A DNA stretch of 64,000 bases from an uncultured virus (IMG/VR IMGVR_UViG_3300027963_005142). Taxonomy: Duplodnaviria > Heunggongvirae > Uroviricota > Caudoviricetes. The position numbers and the translations under genes were made by a program. The notes below the pieces were generated by a model that was not told the origin of the DNA, ran no database searches, and saw only the letters and a list, made by a program, of their open reading frames with translations. Positions 38,614 to 48,300 of this stretch are shown here, piece after piece (position 1 is the first letter of the stretch; every line of letters starts with the position of its first letter). The stretch is from the IMG/VR virus record IMGVR_UViG_3300027963_005142, one strand, 5' to 3'.

Positions 38614-41541
38614 ATGGCCACAACTAGAACAAGCCCGGGAATCTCATATTCAGAGATCGATAATACAGCTCCAGTAGCAACTTCACCTGCTGGAATCCCG
38701 GCAGGCATCATTGGAACTGCAAATAAAGGTCCCGCGTTCGTCCCTGTGACTGTTGGAAGCTACAGAGATTTTAGCGCCATCTTCGGTGACTCGTCTAACG
38801 GTGCAGATTCAGCTATTGCCGCAAGAGAGTACATGTCTGTCCCGGGAACTTCTGTGACTTTTGTTAGAGTTCTTGGTGTCGGAGACGGAAAAGCAAGAAA
38901 CACTTCTACAGGTCAGGTAAATAACGCAGGATTCGTAGTTGGAGATCAGCTTGTTGGAGACAACGGCATGCTCTCTTCGAACTCTTACGCAACAGCTGGC
39001 GGCCCATCAGGAAGGACTTACTTCCTGGGATGCTTCATGTCAGAGAGCGCAGGATCTACAATATTCAGCTCAGCCGGAATTCAGACTAGTGGAAAAGCAG
39101 TCCCAGTTGTTAGAGCAGTTGTCATGGCTGCTTCTGGCGTTGTGGTCACTGTAAGCGGATCTTTCCCGAGCGTTACAAATACAGTAAGCCTCAATGCATC
39201 CGCACCGGGCGGTTCTTCGATCGGATCGATCAACGTTGCTGCGAACACTTTCACGGTACTTCTAAACGGACTGAAGAGCTCTGAGAATAATATCATCACA
39301 GCTTCTTTCGACGCGCCAGAGAGCTTTGTCGGTGCTTTTAACACAAATCCACTTCTTCTGAACGAGAAGGGTCACTACCTCTACACCTACTACGACATTC
39401 CCAAGGCTCTTGCTGTTGTAACTTCATCAGGAGTTACAAGCAACACTTACCCAACTCTGGGCGGCGCGCTGGAGCATGCTGTCTACATCGCTACTGGAAG
39501 TCAGGCAAGAAACTCGAGCGCAGCAAATGCTCCTAACTATGAGAACTTCCAGGAGCGGTTTGAAAATTCACGTACACCATACATCACATCTCAGCTCTTT
39601 GGTGGTTCAAGATACAACCTCTTCAAGGTTCATGCTCTAGACGATGGAGATCAATCCTACAGCTCCATTAAAGTTCAGATCTACAACATCACTCCAAGCC
39701 AGGACATCAATAACCTCTTTGGTCGATTCTCACTGGCTGTAAGAAACTTTTCAGATGCAGATAACGCACGACCTCTCGAGGCTTATGAAGGTCTTTCTCT
39801 CGATCAGTCGTCAGAAAGATACATCGGTAGAGTAATTGGTGATCTTCACACGTACTTTGATTTTGATAGAGCTGCTGCTGCTCAGAAGATCAACAGTACT
39901 GGTGACTACGAAGTAAGATCACCTAGGATCAGAGTTGAGATATCTGATGACCTTATTCTTGGAAACGTACCCGATGATGCGCTTCCTTTCGGATATAGAG
40001 GTCTCGGTCATCTCATTACTTCTGGATCTAGTCCAGTCGCTGCGACGCCAACAGGGATCACAAGTCTTCTGGCTGCAGGTTCGACAGATATCTTCAAGAA
40101 GACAGTTCAGCCTCCTTTCATCTTTAGGCCAAGCCTCGTTGTTGGTACAGTAGCGTCCACTAATATCTCGTGGGGCTTCATGACAGACTACTTTGGAACG
40201 CTTGCTAACCCCAACAGCAGGGCAGTCTTCAGCCCGTACTCTTCGAATCATCTCAAGTTCTTCCCAGACATGAACCTGACGTATGCGAACTTCTTCGTAA
40301 GAGATAACACGGGCGCTGCTTCTTCAGGCGGAACGGTCTACGATACAGACGTCTTTAACAACAATCTGTTCGCTTGCGAGAGGATCAAGGTTGCAACTGG
40401 CTCTTCCACATATGCAGACCCACTACAATGGATCTCAGCTTCGTACGTCAGAAACGGATCCATCGGTGCAGATGAGACAGCAAAGACTCGTGCGCTCTCC
40501 ATCAGCGACTTGAAGAATGATTTTGATAATATCAAGTTCGTTAAGTTCAATGTCCCGCTGGTTGGTGGCTTCAACGGAACCAACATCTTTGACCAGCAGA
40601 AGTACAGACTTACTAACATTGCTGCAACTAGAGAGATCGCTGATACGGCCCAGGGCGGCACATCAGGTCCGACGGTCTCGTCATACAAGAAGGCAGTTGA
40701 TGTTATCAGCAACAAGACTGAGGCTGATATTCAGCTTCTTGCAGTTCCGGGAATCAGGGCTCCGACGATCACGAACTACACAATTTCTGCGGTTGAGAAC
40801 AGATTTGATGCCATGTACATCATGGACATCGAGCAGAAGGACGAGAATAACTCTGAGATTACAGGATCTAGCGGGATAATCAATCTCACGAACTCTGTCT
40901 CTGCATTTAGATCGCGCGGAATTGACAGCTCCTTCGCTGCTGTGTACTTCCCTGACGTCAACATCTTCGACGGCGCGTCGGCGATCCGCAGAGTCGCTCC
41001 TTCAGTTGCTGTTCTCGGAGCTTTCGCTCTAAACGACAGCGTGGGTTATCCCTGGTTTGCACCGGCCGGATTTGTGAGAGGATCAATGGCTTCAGTCAGT
41101 TCTGTGTCTGCAGACCTCACCGACGCTGACGCAGATACTCTCTACGCTGTCAACATCAACCCGATACTTGCTCGCAGAGGCTCGATCGTTGTATTCGGCC
41201 AGAAGACACTCCAGCGGGCATCAACTGCTCTCGACAGAGTGAACGTCCGTCGTCTCTTGATCTCTATGAGAAGAACTGTTCGACAGATCTCCAATGGCTT
41301 CTTGTTCGAGCCCAACAACTCCGACACACTTGACGCTTTCAGGGGTCGGGTCACTGCTGCTCTGAGCAACATCCAGCAGCAGCGCGGCGTCGATAGGTTC
41401 ACAGTCGTTATAGATACTTCTACGACCACCCAGGCCGACATCGAAAACAACACAATTAGAGGACAGATCTACCTCAAGCCCACGCGGTCAATTGAGTTTG
41501 TCAGTCTCTCGTTTGAACTTAACAACGTCATCACAGCTTGA
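38614..41541 (+). CDS. Tail sheath protein, copy 2
   Basis: SPGISYSEID, GPAFVP, PWFAPAGFVRG, FGQKTL, DRVNVRRL and LKPTRSIEFV. Confidence 0.92.
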   Translation: MATTRTSPGISYSEIDNTAPVATSPAGIPAGIIGTANKGPAFVPVTVGSYRDFSAIFGDSSNGADSAIAAREYMSVPGTSVTFVRVLGVGDGKARNTSTGQVNNAGFVVGDQLVGDNGMLSSNSYATAGGPSGRTYFLGCFMSESAGSTIFSSAGIQTSGKAVPVVRAVVMAASGVVVTVSGSFPSVTNTVSLNASAPGGSSIGSINVAANTFTVLLNGLKSSENNIITASFDAPESFVGAFNTNPLLLNEKGHYLYTYYDIPKALAVVTSSGVTSNTYPTLGGALEHAVYIATGSQARNSSAANAPNYENFQERFENSRTPYITSQLFGGSRYNLFKVHALDDGDQSYSSIKVQIYNITPSQDINNLFGRFSLAVRNFSDADNARPLEAYEGLSLDQSSERYIGRVIGDLHTYFDFDRAAAAQKINSTGDYEVRSPRIRVEISDDLILGNVPDDALPFGYRGLGHLITSGSSPVAATPTGITSLLAAGSTDIFKKTVQPPFIFRPSLVVGTVASTNISWGFMTDYFGTLANPNSRAVFSPYSSNHLKFFPDMNLTYANFFVRDNTGAASSGGTVYDTDVFNNNLFACERIKVATGSSTYADPLQWISASYVRNGSIGADETAKTRALSISDLKNDFDNIKFVKFNVPLVGGFNGTNIFDQQKYRLTNIAATREIADTAQGGTSGPTVSSYKKAVDVISNKTEADIQLLAVPGIRAPTITNYTISAVENRFDAMYIMDIEQKDENNSEITGSSGIINLTNSVSAFRSRGIDSSFAAVYFPDVNIFDGASAIRRVAPSVAVLGAFALNDSVGYPWFAPAGFVRGSMASVSSVSADLTDADADTLYAVNINPILARRGSIVVFGQKTLQRASTALDRVNVRRLLISMRRTVRQISNGFLFEPNNSDTLDAFRGRVTAALSNIQQQRGVDRFTVVIDTSTTTQADIENNTIRGQIYLKPTRSIEFVSLSFELNNVITA

Positions 41542-41558
41542 ACTAGGAGAAAATCAGA

Positions 41559-42050
41559 ATGGCCGAGACACTAAGCGTAACAGATATGCTTCCAAACAAG
41601 TTCGAACCGAAGCGCAAGCATCGGTGGATCTTCGCGTGTGAAGGCATTGATTCTTTCATAGTCAAGAGCACAGCTAGACCTTCCTTCACCATGGATTCCA
41701 AGGAAATTCCCTGGATGAACACACAGCGGTACATCGTGGGAGGCAAGCTCAAGTTCGGAGATCTGAAGCTTGAGCTTCACGATCCGATCGCACCTTCCGG
41801 CGCTCAGCAGGTGATGGAGTGGATCAGGACCCACCACGAGAACATCAGCGGTCGAGCAGGTTATGCTGACTTCTACAAGCGCGACTGCCAGCTTAAGATG
41901 CTCGATCCGCTTGGAACAGTTGTTGAGCTTTGGGATATGAAGGGAGTCTTCATCAAGACGGCTGACTTCGGTGGCGTTGACTACAACGGAGATGATCCTA
42001 TGGGAATCTCTTTGACTCTTCGCATGGACTCTTGCGTCCTGCAGTTCTGA
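41559..42050 (+). CDS. Tail tube protein (T4 gp19-like)
   Basis: 163 aa after the sheath genes; ARPSF, DPIAPSGAQQVMEW, YK and W..KGVF..ADFG motifs. Confidence 0.88.
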   Translation: MAETLSVTDMLPNKFEPKRKHRWIFACEGIDSFIVKSTARPSFTMDSKEIPWMNTQRYIVGGKLKFGDLKLELHDPIAPSGAQQVMEWIRTHHENISGRAGYADFYKRDCQLKMLDPLGTVVELWDMKGVFIKTADFGGVDYNGDDPMGISLTLRMDSCVLQF

Positions 42051-42060
42051 TCTATTTTCC

Positions 42061-42089
42061 TTTACAGAACACCTGATTCTTTCTACACT
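42061..42089 (+). promoter_or_regulatory. Sigma70-like promoter, probably leaderless
   Basis: TTTACA-17 nt-TACACT, ending 5 nt before the ATG at 42095. Confidence 0.6.
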
Positions 42090-42094
42090 GATCC

Positions 42095-42952
42095 ATGTCT
42101 AGAAAGAATCAGGTGTTTTCTAGTGCGCAGCAAGCAGACTCTGCTCCCCAGCAGATGGCTTCAGCTATGCCCACTACAAATGTCCTTCGAGATGATTTCG
42201 GGTACGAAGTTCCAGTAGAGAGAATACCTCTGCCGTCCGGTGGCCTTGTATATCCAGTTGGCCACCCGTTGCACGGAGTTGATGCAGTCGACATCAAAGC
42301 TATGACGGCGAAAGAGGAAGATATCCTCATGTCGAGAGCGCTACAGAAGCAAGGTAGTACAATATCGGCATTGCTGTCTTCTTGCTTGACCGATAGAAGG
42401 ATAGATCCGAAGACACTAATCTCCGGAGATCGACTTGCTATTACACTAGGCATCAGGATCACCGGTTACGGCTCACAGTACAAGGTCAACGTCGGATGTC
42501 AGTCTTGCCAGCAAGTCTCTAAGCAGGAGTTTGACATTGGAGGCCTAGACATTAAGCCCCTTTCGATCGAGCCTGTTTCTGGTGGAAATCTTTTTGAGTT
42601 CACCCTGCCCATGTCGAAGAAGAGAGTGCTCTTCCACTTCATGTCAGGAAAGGAAGAAGAGGAGTACACTGCGACGCTAGAGCGCAAGCAGAAGCTCTTC
42701 CCTGGTGCAATTGAAGGTGCCGTGACCATGCGCCTAGAGACACAGATCGATTCTGTTGATGGAGTCTCTGATAAGAATAAGATCTCAAGATTCATCACTT
42801 CAATGCCTGCTGGAGACGCTCGAGCCCTGCGGAACTACATTGAATCTAACGAGCCTGGTGTTGATCTTGAGATCAAGTGGAACTGCACTGAGTGCGGTCA
42901 CACGAACAAGAACGCATTGCCGATGGGATCGTTGTTTTTTTGGTCTGAGTGA
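42095..42952 (+). CDS. T4 gp26-like baseplate hub/tail assembly chaperone
   Basis: LPSGG..Y, MTAKEEDIL, IRITGYG..Y, two CxxC pairs and terminal FFW; between tail tube and tape measure. Confidence 0.8.
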   Translation: MSRKNQVFSSAQQADSAPQQMASAMPTTNVLRDDFGYEVPVERIPLPSGGLVYPVGHPLHGVDAVDIKAMTAKEEDILMSRALQKQGSTISALLSSCLTDRRIDPKTLISGDRLAITLGIRITGYGSQYKVNVGCQSCQQVSKQEFDIGGLDIKPLSIEPVSGGNLFEFTLPMSKKRVLFHFMSGKEEEEYTATLERKQKLFPGAIEGAVTMRLETQIDSVDGVSDKNKISRFITSMPAGDARALRNYIESNEPGVDLEIKWNCTECGHTNKNALPMGSLFFWSE

Positions 42953-43172
42953 TGCTAGTAGAGTGCCTGTGCTCCGCGAGATCAGGTACGTAGTCCAGTA
43001 CTACAAGCTAGGATTCGAGGAGGTGCGCCGCATGCCTGTCTACATTAGGCACTGGATGATCAGAGAAGCGCAGCAGGACATCCTTAATAGTCAGAAATCT
43101 CAAGAGCGTGACGGACAGTGGGGTGTAGACATGGATACACCGCTGAGCGAAGTCATGAACCTTGATAAGTAG
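42942..43172 (+). CDS. T4 gp51-like chaperone segment, probably reached by frameshift from 42095 (alternative GTG start at 42963)
   Basis: YYKLGFEEVRRMPVYIRHWMI resembles gp51/tail-chaperone C-terminal helices; +1 frame to the upstream gene and open through the T7 run at 42935-42941. Confidence 0.65.
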   Translation, partial: GLSDASRVPVLREIRYVVQYYKLGFEEVRRMPVYIRHWMIREAQQDILNSQKSQERDGQWGVDMDTPLSEVMNLDK

Positions 43173-43177
43173 CAGAG

Positions 43178-45163
43178 ATGGCATCCACTGCAGGACAAAG
43201 TCTGTTTACACTCGTCTCAACTGTAATGGGGCAAGCTGCAGACGAAGCCAAGAAAGCTGCCCAAGCTGTCCTTGGTACGACTGTAAGCGACATTGAGACC
43301 TACTTTAAGACAACTCCAACCCAGGACATATTCTATGACTTTGGTCAGAAGTCTGCTGAGTTCTTCCAGAAGGGCTTTGAGCTTGTCATGGACAAAAACG
43401 ATGCTGAGCTTGCAACGAAGTTCGCAGTCTCTCAAGCGGGAATAAAGCTTACAACCGTAGCGATGCAAGAGGCGTCAGAAGGTCTAGTCAGAGCTGCTGA
43501 CGTAGCCATCGGTCAATCTGTTAACATGGGAGAGTCGTCTAGAGAGCTCTTCGCGTCGATTACATCTCGAATGGGCGGAGAGATAGCCAACCTGACGGAA
43601 GGGGGTGTAGCGGCTGCATCTGACCAAGTTAGACGTACTCTTGCTCTGACACAGGAATTCTCTAGAGAAGCTTCAGCTCGAATGATCCAGACTTCGAGCG
43701 GTCAAGTTGTCGACCTCTTCTCTTACCTGCCCGGTTTTGATAAGAGCATGGAGACGACTCGAGAAGCTCTTTTGATGAATTCAAAGACTTACTTTAGAGC
43801 GAGCCAGGATCTAACAGAAAAGGCGCTTACCGACACGACTCTTATTGCACGAGGTTTCCATCTGAGCTCTGGAGATCTGACAGAATTCCTGCTTCGTGAC
43901 ATGGAGAAGACAGGAAAGGCATCAGGAGACACTGCGATGCAGGTTGCTGCTGCCGCTTTTGCAGCAGCTGACGCTCTTGGAGCTTCTTCACGCATCACAA
44001 TGGATCAGATTAAGCTGATGATGAACGACGTAGAGAAGTTTGGAAACTCCTCTGCTGGTCAGCTTGCAGTCGCGTCTAAGCAGCTTGAGGAACTCGGCCT
44101 GAGTGTTAGTTCACTTGATAAGATGATCGGTGCTTTCTCGAACCTGGACGGAGCGATCGCCAAGGCGAACGACCTTGCTTCGATCTTTGGCGTTCAGCTC
44201 GATTCAATGGAGGCGATGTACCTTGCAGCTGAAGATCCTACTCGTCTCATGGAGACGATAAGAACTCAGCTTCTTGAGCAAGGAGTCGATGTTGAGAACA
44301 TGAGCCAGTCACAGCTTAAGGCTCTCGCCTCTTCTGTCGGATTAACTGTTGCCGAAGTGAAGCGGTTTCTTCGAGGCGACCTTGTAACTTCATATGACGA
44401 AGCTTTCTCTGAGATCGATGCTTCAATGCAGGATAATCTTGCAGATAGTGAGGCACTTGCAGCAAGAGCTGCTAGAAACGCTTCTGATGGATCTCAGATG
44501 ACAGCTGATCAGGCAAAAGCAGCGCAGGCTGCTCGACTGGCCGCAGCAACAGTGACTCAGGAGATCGCTGATGTAACAGCAAAAGCCAACGACGGTGTGC
44601 GAGCACTACAGGCATCACTTATTGAGAGCCAGAAAGCAGTCTATACAGAGACTCTTAAAAATTCAAAAGTGTTTCTTGAAGACTTTGTGGCAGAGCTTCC
44701 AAGGTTCCAGGACATGGCGCTAAAGACGTCTAGGCAGATTCTGGACAACGTTGCAGCCACGCTTCGCGGCGCAGGATCTGTCACTGGCGGAGCAGCTCCC
44801 GGTCCTGCGCCTGCGGCCACTGCTCCCGCTCCTGCTGCTCCTGCTGCAGCCTCTCCGGCTCCGCCTGTAGTGGCACCTCCACCCGCGCCAGCGCTGCCAC
44901 CCCCTGCTCCATCACCACCACCGCCTGCAGCACCGGCACCCGTCCCGCCTGCACCGGCTCCCGCGCCTCCGCCACCTCCAGCACCTATCACTCAGGCTGA
45001 CGCTGAAATTCTCGCTAAAGCTATTGTGGATGCTCTCGCCGGCAGTGCAGCTGCCGCTGGCCCGATCACGGTTGAAATCAAGATAGACCCCACACTCAAT
45101 CAGCTCGTCGCAGGAGCCTCCGGACTAGGTAGAGTTCCTGTGTCCGCGCCGAGCACTCCCTAA
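43178..45163 (+). CDS. Tape measure-like protein with Pro/Ala-rich C-terminal segment
   Basis: Ala/Leu/Met-rich helical ORF directly after the tail chaperone. Confidence 0.65.
   Translation: MASTAGQSLFTLVSTVMGQAADEAKKAAQAVLGTTVSDIETYFKTTPTQDIFYDFGQKSAEFFQKGFELVMDKNDAELATKFAVSQAGIKLTTVAMQEASEGLVRAADVAIGQSVNMGESSRELFASITSRMGGEIANLTEGGVAAASDQVRRTLALTQEFSREASARMIQTSSGQVVDLFSYLPGFDKSMETTREALLMNSKTYFRASQDLTEKALTDTTLIARGFHLSSGDLTEFLLRDMEKTGKASGDTAMQVAAAAFAAADALGASSRITMDQIKLMMNDVEKFGNSSAGQLAVASKQLEELGLSVSSLDKMIGAFSNLDGAIAKANDLASIFGVQLDSMEAMYLAAEDPTRLMETIRTQLLEQGVDVENMSQSQLKALASSVGLTVAEVKRFLRGDLVTSYDEAFSEIDASMQDNLADSEALAARAARNASDGSQMTADQAKAAQAARLAAATVTQEIADVTAKANDGVRALQASLIESQKAVYTETLKNSKVFLEDFVAELPRFQDMALKTSRQILDNVAATLRGAGSVTGGAAPGPAPAATAPAPAAPAAASPAPPVVAPPPAPALPPPAPSPPPPAAPAPVPPAPAPAPPPPPAPITQADAEILAKAIVDALAGSAAAAGPITVEIKIDPTLNQLVAGASGLGRVPVSAPSTP
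44788..44988 (+). repeat. Low-complexity Pro/Ala-encoding tract
   Basis: Degenerate GCN/CCN codons encoding APGPAPAATAPAP...PPPPAP; locally high GC. Confidence 0.85.
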
Positions 45164-45345
45164 TGACAGATATTAGTGACATTCTTCTTCTTTTTGAATC
45201 TCTCGAGACAGAGCTCAATGAGCTTTCTGAGAGAATGAAGTCTTTGAAGCGAGAGAACGGATTTCTATCTGACGTAAAAAGCGAGTGGGTCGATGACCTA
45301 AGTAGAGCTAGGAGCAAGCCTGATGACAAGGCAGACACTTCGTGA
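45163..45345 (+). CDS. Small coiled-coil hypothetical protein
   Basis: TAATG-coupled to the tape measure gene; fills the gap to the next gene. Confidence 0.45.
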   Translation: MTDISDILLLFESLETELNELSERMKSLKRENGFLSDVKSEWVDDLSRARSKPDDKADTS

Positions 45346-48300
45346 TTTCTTAGCCTCAGCAGGCCGACCAGCATCTACGTCGATCTCCATAAGTTCTGAT
45401 CCTGCATCCGCAGCTCCCACGCCTCCAGATCCATCAGCGCTCGCAGAAGGTGATGATCTAGGTGTAGATCCGAACACCGGGTTGCCGCTTCTTAGCACTG
45501 CCGGACCGAGCCTGACAGGTGATTATGCAGCCTACATCACAGCTCGAAACAATTATCCGCTTCGACAGGGTAACAAGCTGGCTCCAAGCCCGACAAGGGG
45601 TCAAGATCTTGAAGATCCAACCATCCAAGGCTCTGAGTCTGTGTTCGCTCCTCCTGCTTCTGCTAGACAGCTTTCAAACTATTCCAACAGCGGATACTTT
45701 GAGACAGGAACTAGGAAGCTCTCAGATCTTATTAGTAAGACCGGTGGAACAGGCCCGAGAGGAGACGAGCTTCTCAAGACGATATCAAGTGTTGATGGAA
45801 GAGAGAGCTCAGCACAGATCTACGCAGAAGACGCTTACGATAGTGAAAACACTTATAATCCCAATCAGGCGTTCTCACGGAGGACTCGATCTGCAGACGT
45901 CGATCCAGGGACAAACATTAGAGTCCAGAGAAAGATAGGAGACTGGAAAAAAATTGACGGTCAGGATGCAAGGACATCCACTCTCGAGACGCTGAAGTCT
46001 GTAGGGCTAAGCCTTTTGCTGAAAGCAGCTCACAGAGACGCTTCTGATAGCCCCGCAGGATCAATCGACCCAGCCTCGCCTGCTGCCAACGATGCGCAGG
46101 CAGACAAGTATGCATCTGTTAATTTTGACACCCAGATCTCAGAGCAAATTCTAAGAGCTTTGAACGCTTTCGGTGCACCGACATTCGACGACGGAAGCGC
46201 ATTTTTAGGTGGAAGAGGAGACTTTGTTCCCGAAGATCCCGATGCCAGATACTCAAAGTCGTACGGAGTCTCGTACACGCCAACTACGCCTTCTGATCAG
46301 ACAGCATCTACTGAGAGAGAATCACCTGAAGTTGCAGGCCAAAATCTTGAATCTTCTGTTAGGCTCGCTGCTGCATCAGTCTTGATCCTTTCTAAGCTCC
46401 TGCGGCAGATATACTCTGAATCAATCGATACTCTCGAGTTCAACCCTAGAAAATCTCTCGGTCTTGGACCCTATAAGCTTGGATATTCTGTTGGTGAAGA
46501 TTACAAGTCCCTTGAGCTTGCTCACTTTAGATCGATCTTTCCAAATACAGCACCCTATACGTTTGAAGAGTGTCTCAAGGCATCCTTTAAATCAGTTTTC
46601 GGTCTTGAGATGCCTAGCAGAGCTGTCGATATACTTGCCGCTTCTCCGGCGCAGACGTTCTCTACAGGTGAGCTGTCTTCTCTAGTGTCAAACAGGATTC
46701 TAAGAGAGTCTCCTTCTTACTGGATATCGATCGCAAAGTCTGCTATTTATGCCTACACTGCCACCAAGAAGTCAATGACACCCACGCAAGGTGCATCTCA
46801 GGGTCGAAACTTTGCAAAGACTGTCCAGGAGATATCAAATCTTAGAGCGACTAGGTTCGTCTCAGGAATGATAACGATGGGGTACATCAGTCTTATTAGC
46901 ACTTACGGATCAAATCGATCTCCCATTCTAGGGAACGCAGAAGAGACTTCGCTCAATAGAGTTTCAAGATCTAGAGACACAAAAGGAAACTCTCCAAATG
47001 CAGGAGCGTGGAGAGGCAACGCTCTTCCAAGCGTATTCTTGCTACCTGGATCATCAGTTCTTGCAGGCCCTAAGCTTGGAAACACGATATTTCGAGCAAA
47101 TCCTGCAAGAGCGATGCTTGCCTCTACACTTGCAGATAAGACAGTCGTAGATCCAAACATTGGAGGCGAAGGATCCAATCGGCTCCCGCAGGAGCTTGTT
47201 CATCTGATAGAGAACAAGCTTGAGGCCGAGTACGTACCTTTCTACTTCCAGGATCTTAGAACCAACGAAGTGATCGCCTTTCACGCTTTTATCGAGTCAG
47301 TGACTGATGGGTTCTCTGCATCTTACAATACTACGAAGAGCTATGGACGTGCAGATCCTGTCTACAACTACAGCTCTACCACAAGAAGCATCGCTGTCAC
47401 ATTCAGCATTGTTGCAACCAATAGAGAAGATTTTGATGAGATGTGGTTCAAGATCAACAAGTTGACAACCTTGATGTACCCACAGTACACGAGAGGCCAG
47501 AAGATATCGGGTAGAAACAGCTTGCTTGATTATGAGTTTGAAGCACCATTCAGCCAGGTTCCCGGAGCTACTCCGGTTATAAGACTTAGACTAGGAGATC
47601 TTGTAAAGTCAAACTACTCTAAGCTTGCAGCAGCAAGGCTTTTCGGTCTCGGATCAAAGAAGAATTTTAAGACAACAATAGTGCCGGGTGCAGGAGCTCT
47701 CCGTACACTCGGTTCAGCGCTTTCTAGCGATAAACTAGAATCATTTACTTACATTGCTTTCTTAATAGCGACTGCAAGCCCTGCTGTTGTAATATCAGAA
47801 GTTGCAGCAATGACAAGAGGTCTTACAGGCCCTGGTAGTTCAACAGCAGTTGCAGCAGCAGCGATCGGAGAGATTGCTGCTTACGAGGCTCTCGCAGCCA
47901 CTGATCCGGTTGACGGCCGAGGTTACATAAATCCGTTCATCCTGAATACAGTGAGAAACAACCTCCTAGATCCTCAGACGTATAAGGGAGGAACTCAGAG
48001 TGAAACGCAGTCTGCGCTAGGAGGATTAAATTCTTTCAACACAGGAGAGTCTGGATCAGATGCATCAGGAAGAGCTAATCTTGGAGACTTAATCGGATCA
48101 ATTGTAACGGTATTTCCAATTACTTCTGGGTGGAACAATAGATCAGACGGCCGCGGTCTAAATCTCGTTTTTAATCAGCCGGTAAAAGGTGTTCTCACGA
48201 ACAAAGTATCTCAGTCTGGTACAAGTCTTTCAACTTCAAATTCAAATACACTGCGATCTGGAAAAGACATGTATGAGATACAGATAGCTGAAGGAGATCA

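Noticed and set aside
42756..42934. Track start of the 138-aa ORF as an independent gene
   Set aside because: The first ~60 codons overlap the conserved gp26-like gene and look non-protein-like; only the part after the T7 run resembles a known family.
44641..44991. Gly/Ala-rich minus-strand ORF resembling PE-PGRS or collagen-like proteins
   Set aside because: It is the antisense mirror of the Pro/Ala tract.
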